From: Candidatus Eiseniibacteriota bacterium
GTDB lineage: Bacteria; Eisenbacteria; RBG-16-71-46; JAFGJU01
Assembly (NCBI GenBank): GCA_026388185.1
Contig: JAPLKG010000003.1
Coordinates: 22,871 to 86,870 of the forward strand
DNA length: 64,000 nt
Direction: 5' to 3'
Positions 58,686 through 64,000 of this stretch are shown in pieces. The notes under the pieces were generated by a model that ran no database searches, had not been told where the DNA came from, and was given only the letters and a program-made list of their open reading frames with translations. Within the stretch, counting starts at the first letter, position 1, and every line of letters starts with the position of its first letter. Made by a program: the position numbers and the translations under genes.

Positions 58686-59498
58686 TCACCGTCCTTTCGA
58701 CTGGCTCATCCACATCTTTTCGGGTGGGAAGCTGAAGAAACTCAAACCAAGAAGAGCAAACCAAGAGATGACTCGCACCGGCTTGAAACTACATTTCTGA
58801 TAGGCCTTTATTGACGCCAGGTTCTTGACGCGAATGTGACAATAAATCTCCGTGTATCCCTTCTCCTTCATGAGCCCGGAAACTCTATCGATCAGAAAGG
58901 GAGCAACGTTCTTTCCTCTCAGCCTCGGGTCCACGTAGGTATCATAGATGAAGGCCACGCCGGGCGGGAGGTCGAACTCTTTCTTGAAGTCCAGAACGTA
59001 GACTCGCTCGAACCCGATCTTCATGTATCCCACGATCTCGCCTTCCATTCTAACGTGGGGCAAGAGATGCCTTAGCTTCTCGGCAAGCTCTAGCTCCCTG
59101 GGGTCAACGGTTCCCGGCATGTGTTGTCTCAAGAGCCAGGCCGTCGTCTCCTCCGGCCGGGAAAAATCTATCTCGACCGGAGCCGAGGTCGTGTTTGCAG
59201 GAAAAGTTACCGACAAGTCCCTCACCATCCAGATCGCTCTCTGGTAGTTCCAGATTCTCCGACGGATTTCTCGCAGGAGCGCCCGTGCACCTTCGTTTCT
59301 GCGGGTCTCCAGAGCCCTCTCGACTAGCGAACTGACCCAAACCACCTTCGCGGATTCCTCATGAAACGGTAGGTTCTCTCCAGCAAGAGCTGCCGGAAGG
59401 TCCGGTTTCTTTGCACTCCCAGAATGCAGTGCCTGCAAAAACCCGACCAAATCTTGCCAAGATTTCGTATGAAACTGAGATGCTTCTCGTTCCGCCAT
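58686..59498 (-). CDS. GNAT-family N-acetyltransferase
   Basis: The C-terminal acetyl-CoA-binding region is VDPRLRGKNVAPFLIDRVSGLMKEKGYTEIYCHIRVKN. The N-terminal portion overlaps the upstream radical-SAM gene, so the true start is probably internal. Confidence 0.55.
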   Translation of the reverse strand: MAEREASQFHTKSWQDLVGFLQALHSGSAKKPDLPAALAGENLPFHEESAKVVWVSSLVERALETRRNEGARALLREIRRRIWNYQRAIWMVRDLSVTFPANTTSAPVEIDFSRPEETTAWLLRQHMPGTVDPRELELAEKLRHLLPHVRMEGEIVGYMKIGFERVYVLDFKKEFDLPPGVAFIYDTYVDPRLRGKNVAPFLIDRVSGLMKEKGYTEIYCHIRVKNLASIKAYQKCSFKPVRVISWFALLGLSFFSFPPEKMWMSQSKGR

Positions 59499-60472
59499 AT
59501 CCGTGCCAGGTCTTCGTTCCGGATGTTTCCCAAATGATAGTCACCGAAAAACGGACAAGGCAGCACATTGCCGTAGGGGTCAACGGTGACCTTGAAGCGG
59601 GCGACGTAGCATTTCTTGTTGCCGAATCGGCCCGTGACCAGGTTTCGGGCCTTGAGACAATCCACGTTCTCGGTCATCAGAGCGATCCTCATGCCGCGCG
59701 CTTCCTTTTTCAGTTCACGCACTTTCCGCTTCAGCGTCCGGGCTTGTGCTTGATCGACTAAGATGGAGTCTCCCTGGAAAATGTAATATGGATTGGGTCT
59801 GATACCATTTATGCTTGCGTGATCGACCATCTCCGGAAGGAATTCGCCTGCGTATTCCAAATGCATCAAATCCAGGCCCACAGCCTCTGCAAAGGATAGG
59901 ACCTTCTCGAACGCGTCGACGTTGAACTTGGAGATGGTGGTGTTGCAGTGTAATAACGGGCGCTTCTTCTCACCTCGGGCTCTCTTGACCGCTTCTATGC
60001 AGTTTAGCACCTTGTCGTAGGAACCGTCTTTACCTCTTACGAGGTCTTGACTCTCCCCAACTCCGTCGACGGACAGCCACAGGTCATCCAGACCGGCTTG
60101 AACCAAGCCCTCCGCCGTGGCCCGATCCATAAGATTACAATTCGTGACCAAATCGGCTTCTATGGGGTATTTCTTGATATGAGAAATCAAAGGAATCACG
60201 ACTTCCTTTCGCAGAAGCGCATCTCCCCCAAAAAGCTCGATGTACTTTACTCCCAGGCCATAACACATATCTACGGTTCGTTGCCACTCTGCCAGGCTAA
60301 GCTCCTCCCCGGTTTGCCTCCTCTGCCACATACTGCAAGTCTTACAGCCGGAGGTGCAGCGATACGTGATGAAGAAGAGCGCGTCTCGCGGTTTGACGAG
60401 ATGGTAGTCTATCTCTCGCCGAGAAAGATATCCCAGTTGCCGAGCGACTTTTCCGAAAAAAGTTGAGATCAC
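59324..60472 (-). CDS. Radical SAM enzyme with a C-terminal SPASM/twitch-like Cys cluster
   Basis: CTSGCKTC (CxxxCxxC) follows FFITYR. The C-terminus has CYVARFKVTVDPYGNVLPCPFF and CRHC. Confidence 0.8.
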   Translation of the reverse strand: MISTFFGKVARQLGYLSRREIDYHLVKPRDALFFITYRCTSGCKTCSMWQRRQTGEELSLAEWQRTVDMCYGLGVKYIELFGGDALLRKEVVIPLISHIKKYPIEADLVTNCNLMDRATAEGLVQAGLDDLWLSVDGVGESQDLVRGKDGSYDKVLNCIEAVKRARGEKKRPLLHCNTTISKFNVDAFEKVLSFAEAVGLDLMHLEYAGEFLPEMVDHASINGIRPNPYYIFQGDSILVDQAQARTLKRKVRELKKEARGMRIALMTENVDCLKARNLVTGRFGNKKCYVARFKVTVDPYGNVLPCPFFGDYHLGNIRNEDLARIWRNEKHLSFIRNLGKIWSGFCRHCILGVQRNRTFRQLLLERTYRFMRNPRRWFGSVR

Positions 60473-60544
60473 TCTGATTCCTCCGGCTGCCGGCCTTCAC
60501 CGAGCCTCCGACAGAACCCCCGACGCTGCAAAGCGTGAGTCAGG

Positions 60545-61666
60545 TCAAGTGTTGGACAAAACCATCTTCTTGAGCCGCACGAGAATCCCGAACCTCCTGA
60601 GATAGTCTCTCAGTCTGAAGTCGAGCCAGAAAGGCATTCGCGCGTAAGCTCTGTTCTTCAGGATGTAGTACCTCACGTGTCTGTGGACCGATTCAGTCCA
60701 GCACATCTTGTAAGGATCGTCGTAACCCAGGAGGTCGTACGTCTTCAACCCTCGGTCGAACAGACTCTCTACGATGAATTGGTCCAACACGCCCCCCGGC
60801 GAACCCTGCTTGAAGCGTTCATCATATTCCGCCTTGAGACCGAACTCCGTTTGACCACTACGCAGGTGGTATTCATACGCTATGGGAATGGAATTCAATA
60901 TCAATAGCCACAACACCAGGAATCGCTCCTGATTCGCCCATCTAGCTAAGTTAACGTAAAAATTCAGACTTTCCTTAGTGGAAAAAGCGGAGCTGCCTCT
61001 GCCGCCCTGCCAGCTTTTTCGGGTGACGTTCTGAATTTGCGCCAGCAGGCCGTCAAGATCGTCTATCTGTGAGTGCTCCTCTATTCTAAAGTCCCCCGAT
61101 TCTCCCAGTCGCCGCTGTCGATTTCTCATGTTCTTTCTGAATTTCCTGGAGCGTGTGGCCAGAAAGCTGTTCCAATCGGATTGAATGGAAATGTAGGGGG
61201 ACAGGCGGATCATTCTCTTGCCCCAGAGAAGCCGGGCGTCTCCGCACTTCTTCTCGATCAGATCGATGACCGGCGAACTCTCCAATATGTCTTCCAGCTT
61301 GAGCAGATCCCAGTTGTTTCTTCTCCACAGATGGTCGAGAATCTTCTCCGCGCCGGCCGTATTGTCCGGCGGAAAGATGAAGTCGATCTTGGGCGACTGG
61401 TGGTTGGCCATGAATTCGATGATCCTCATGGGGAATCCCATGTAGGACCCTCTCGAGATCATCAGCGGAGCTATGGCCAGGACCTTCTGCTCCTGCCTGG
61501 CAACCAGAACATAGAGTTTTTTCTTCGTGCCGAAGCTGTCCCACCAGATCCTGAACCACTGATGCATGTAGAACGGCTTTTCGTCCGAGTGGCCGCGCAA
61601 GAGTCCGTTCCATTCGGATTCCAGTCGTAGAAAACTCTCGTAATCGGTGATTTCGACTATCTGCAT
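60545..61666 (-). CDS. FemAB/CelD-like acyl(amino-acyl)transferase (GNAT-fold, Acetyltransf_6 / BioF2-like family)
   Basis: The N-terminal pattern YESFLRLESEWNGLL...PFYMHQWFRIWWDSFG is characteristic of CelD/FemAB-related proteins in polysaccharide loci. Confidence 0.65.
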   Translation of the reverse strand: MQIVEITDYESFLRLESEWNGLLRGHSDEKPFYMHQWFRIWWDSFGTKKKLYVLVARQEQKVLAIAPLMISRGSYMGFPMRIIEFMANHQSPKIDFIFPPDNTAGAEKILDHLWRRNNWDLLKLEDILESSPVIDLIEKKCGDARLLWGKRMIRLSPYISIQSDWNSFLATRSRKFRKNMRNRQRRLGESGDFRIEEHSQIDDLDGLLAQIQNVTRKSWQGGRGSSAFSTKESLNFYVNLARWANQERFLVLWLLILNSIPIAYEYHLRSGQTEFGLKAEYDERFKQGSPGGVLDQFIVESLFDRGLKTYDLLGYDDPYKMCWTESVHRHVRYYILKNRAYARMPFWLDFRLRDYLRRFGILVRLKKMVLSNT

Positions 61667-62800
61667 CTAATGGTCTAGAAGTTGACGAAAACACTCTCGA
61701 TGACGGTCTATCATCTGCGTCAGAGAGAACTTCTCCCGGACGATTCTTTGATTTGTCTTCCCCATCGCGTTTCTGAGTCCGGCGTCATTCAGAAGCAACG
61801 TGATCTTCTCGGCCAACGCCGCGGAATCGTCAGGCGGAACCAGGAAACCACCCTCTCCCTCTACCACGAGCTCCGGCGTGCCCCCGACCGACGCAGCTAC
61901 GACGGGCAACCCGCTGGCCATATACTCCAGGATGGTGTTGGACAGTCCCTCAGATCGAGAAGACAAGACGCCCAAATCCAACACGTCAAGATAGGGAGTC
62001 ACATCCTCAACAACTCCCGTCCACGTTACCTTCCGTCCTATTCCCAAGTCATCGGAGAGCCGTCTCAGTCGCCGAGTTTCTGCCGCTTCCCCGTCGCCCA
62101 CTATCAGGAACCTGGCTTGAGGAACGTCCCCGGCCACTTGGGCGGCCGCGCACAAGAAGCCCTCGATATTCTTGATCGGCCGCAAATTCGACACTAGCCC
62201 CACGGTCAGTTCCCCGTCTCGAACACCCAGTTCTTGTTTGAGCTCGTTGGGCGACTTGTCGGTAACTCTTCCGAATTTCTGATATTCTATTCCGTTGTAG
62301 ATGACGCCCACCTTGTCTCGAGGAACGCCCAGCTTCAGAATCAAGCTCTCCCTGACCGCCTGGCAGTTGACCAGGTAGCGATCCACCCTGGTACTCACTA
62401 CTTTCAACGCAAGGATTCGACTGCGATTCAGATCGTGTCCCAGGTTGCGTTGGGTGGAGACGATTTTCCTCGCCCTACCCCATCTGGCGGCCATCACGCC
62501 CGCCAGATTCGAATCGGGAAAATAGGTTTGCACTATGTCGAACTTCTCGTTCCGTATGAAGGCTACCAGTCGTCGGATCTTCAGCCAGGCGCCGGGATTC
62601 CTGAAGGAAGTAATTCCTACGACGAACTTGGGACAGTCGAAGTAACCGGTCTCGATCCAAGAGCTGTGCCTAAGCACCGCCAGATGCACTTCAAATTCAT
62701 TCCGATCCAGACCGTTGACGAGTTTCGAAAGCTGCCCTTCCGTTCCACCGCCAATGTGACCGACGTGATCGATGACGAACAGTATCTTAGTTCTTCTCAT
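61667..62800 (-). CDS. Family 4 glycosyltransferase
   Basis: The N-terminus is MRRTKILFVIDHVGHIGGGTEGQ. The C-terminus has LSSRSEGLSNTILEYMASGLPVVAASVGGTPELV. The ORF track's N-terminal extension is probably spurious. Confidence 0.8.
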   Translation of the reverse strand: MRRTKILFVIDHVGHIGGGTEGQLSKLVNGLDRNEFEVHLAVLRHSSWIETGYFDCPKFVVGITSFRNPGAWLKIRRLVAFIRNEKFDIVQTYFPDSNLAGVMAARWGRARKIVSTQRNLGHDLNRSRILALKVVSTRVDRYLVNCQAVRESLILKLGVPRDKVGVIYNGIEYQKFGRVTDKSPNELKQELGVRDGELTVGLVSNLRPIKNIEGFLCAAAQVAGDVPQARFLIVGDGEAAETRRLRRLSDDLGIGRKVTWTGVVEDVTPYLDVLDLGVLSSRSEGLSNTILEYMASGLPVVAASVGGTPELVVEGEGGFLVPPDDSAALAEKITLLLNDAGLRNAMGKTNQRIVREKFSLTQMIDRHRECFRQLLDH

Positions 62801-63923
62801 GAGAGACTTCCGATTTGTGTGGAAGGAACAGTCTTTTGATTCGCTCCTTGACCGGCCACCACACGAGCAAGGGCAGACCGGCCAGGCCGCGCTGGAAGCC
62901 GCAGAAAAGCACAGTTCGACGGAACTCCTTCGTCCAATGCCACTTGTACTCGTGTTCTCCGCGCAGGAAATCAAACTCTCGGACGGACTTTGCTATCAGG
63001 TCTTCCACAACGTAGCCAAGCATGGCCGCGCCCACTCGATTCTTCTCGAATTGAGGGTCATAGCCGGTCTGATAGTCATAGTACTTCGAACCATAAAGGT
63101 AGCCGTAACGGAATGCAACCGGACGCTGATCGACCTCGAGGAAAGCCAAGTAGAGCCAACCGTTGCCGGCAATGACCTGAGACAGTTTGAGATGAAAGGC
63201 CAGGTAGTTCTTTCTACAAAAGTTACCCGTCTCACCCTTTTTCTGCCGTGACAGACGGTGCAGGCGAGCCGCCTGTTCAAAGGCGTGGGGCAGAGAAGCG
63301 GGGTCTTCTGCGAGAACGAGCTTGACTGCGGAGGAACTCTCCAGTTTCTTGCGCGTCCTCTTGACGGCGCTTCTCTTCTTGTAGGAATACGAATTCAAGA
63401 GCTCGTCCAAGCTTGAGGGCAGTCTCAAGTAAGGACACACATTGAAATTTCTCTGCCACACGAACACGTTCCCGCCGGAAAGGAGCTTCTTGAGCAAAGG
63501 CAAGACCGGGGAGTTTGCGTCTACATCTGAGAGATATAGAACGTCCCAGCTTTCCTTGTTTCTCATCAAGGCCTCGACTATTTCCGTCACTATCTCTTCA
63601 TAATCCTGCTCGGCCACAATGAAATCCAAATATTCCGGCGAAACCGGTGAACCGTACCCGATGAACTCAAGTAGTCTTACCGGAAAAAGACCGAGCGTCT
63701 TTCGTGAGCTTATCTTCAAGGGGGCAAGACCGACCAGTTTCCCGCCGGCATCCCTGACCGCGACTACAAAAAGAACGGAGTTCGTCCCAAAAAATTCCCA
63801 CCAGGTCGAAACCCATTCCCAGGTCAGAAAGATGTTTGCGTTGCTCCGGGACAGGAGCTGATTCCACTCTGCCCTGTAAGCTCCAAGCTCGTCAAAATTG
63901 GAAATGATGTCGGCGTGGAACAT
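62787..63923 (-). CDS. FemAB/CelD-like acyl(amino-acyl)transferase, second copy
   Basis: FDELGAYRAEWNQLLSRSNANIFLTWEWVSTWWEFFG is parallel to the 60545-61666 protein. Confidence 0.65.
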   Translation of the reverse strand: MFHADIISNFDELGAYRAEWNQLLSRSNANIFLTWEWVSTWWEFFGTNSVLFVVAVRDAGGKLVGLAPLKISSRKTLGLFPVRLLEFIGYGSPVSPEYLDFIVAEQDYEEIVTEIVEALMRNKESWDVLYLSDVDANSPVLPLLKKLLSGGNVFVWQRNFNVCPYLRLPSSLDELLNSYSYKKRSAVKRTRKKLESSSAVKLVLAEDPASLPHAFEQAARLHRLSRQKKGETGNFCRKNYLAFHLKLSQVIAGNGWLYLAFLEVDQRPVAFRYGYLYGSKYYDYQTGYDPQFEKNRVGAAMLGYVVEDLIAKSVREFDFLRGEHEYKWHWTKEFRRTVLFCGFQRGLAGLPLLVWWPVKERIKRLFLPHKSEVSHEKN

Positions 63924-64000
63924 GCGATTGCCTCAAGAATCCCTTACGCGTCGATCCATGGTCTGACTTTCCGGGGGGTACTATAACAGAGGAAGCCAAA

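Noticed and set aside
1-64000. CRISPR arrays, IS elements or transposases, integrases, rRNA and tRNA genes
   Set aside because: Scanned for regular direct-repeat/spacer periodicity, DDE or tyrosine-recombinase motifs and rRNA-like conserved blocks. None were seen. Mobility of the left-hand island is therefore inferred only from composition and the truncated exporter gene.

Overview
This 64 kb window is a moderately GC-rich, Gram-negative-type bacterial contig. TolC, RND, TonB-dependent and PEP-CTERM-like features support that. It is gene-dense on both strands.

The left 8 kb (137-7690, all on the minus strand) stands out. It has lower GC than its flanks. It encodes a four-gene ubiquitin-like conjugation operon in the order Ubl (ending in a native Gly-Gly), E2-like, JAB/JAMM peptidase, then ThiF/MoeB-type E1. 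This is the Bil-type architecture. Directly upstream on the same strand sits a translationally coupled gene pair: a TPR protein, and an unusual 800-aa fusion of a PfkB/RfaE-like kinase fold to a STAND/AAA+-like P-loop NTPase. The island ends in an AC-rich non-coding stretch and a truncated ABC-exporter N-terminal fragment, which suggests an insertion scar.

The rest of the window is mostly housekeeping or accessory metabolism:
- an ABC-F ATPase
- two two-component histidine kinases, one with a receiver partner
- a TetR-regulated TolC/MFP/RND efflux operon with a clear promoter and palindromic operator
- glgC
- a TonB-receptor / substrate-binding-protein / histidine-kinase sensing module
- a polysaccharide deacetylase plus a GT39 glycosyltransferase
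- an RRM RNA-binding protein
- tandem small secreted paralogs, one frameshifted
- a ZraP/Spy-like periplasmic protein with a Met/Cys/Gly-rich segment
- a Memo-like protein
- a reductive pyrimidine catabolism cluster (PreT, PreA, dihydropyrimidinase, class-III aminotransferase, MmsA) that lacks a beta-ureidopropionase
- several secreted or membrane hypotheticals, including a Cys-rich-tailed protein with a mini membrane peptide
- a 12 kb exopolysaccharide locus (52.5-64 kb) containing GT2, GT4, a deacetylase-GT4 fusion, GNAT, two FemAB/CelD-like proteins and a radical-SAM/SPASM enzyme

No rRNA, tRNA, CRISPR array or transposase was recognised.
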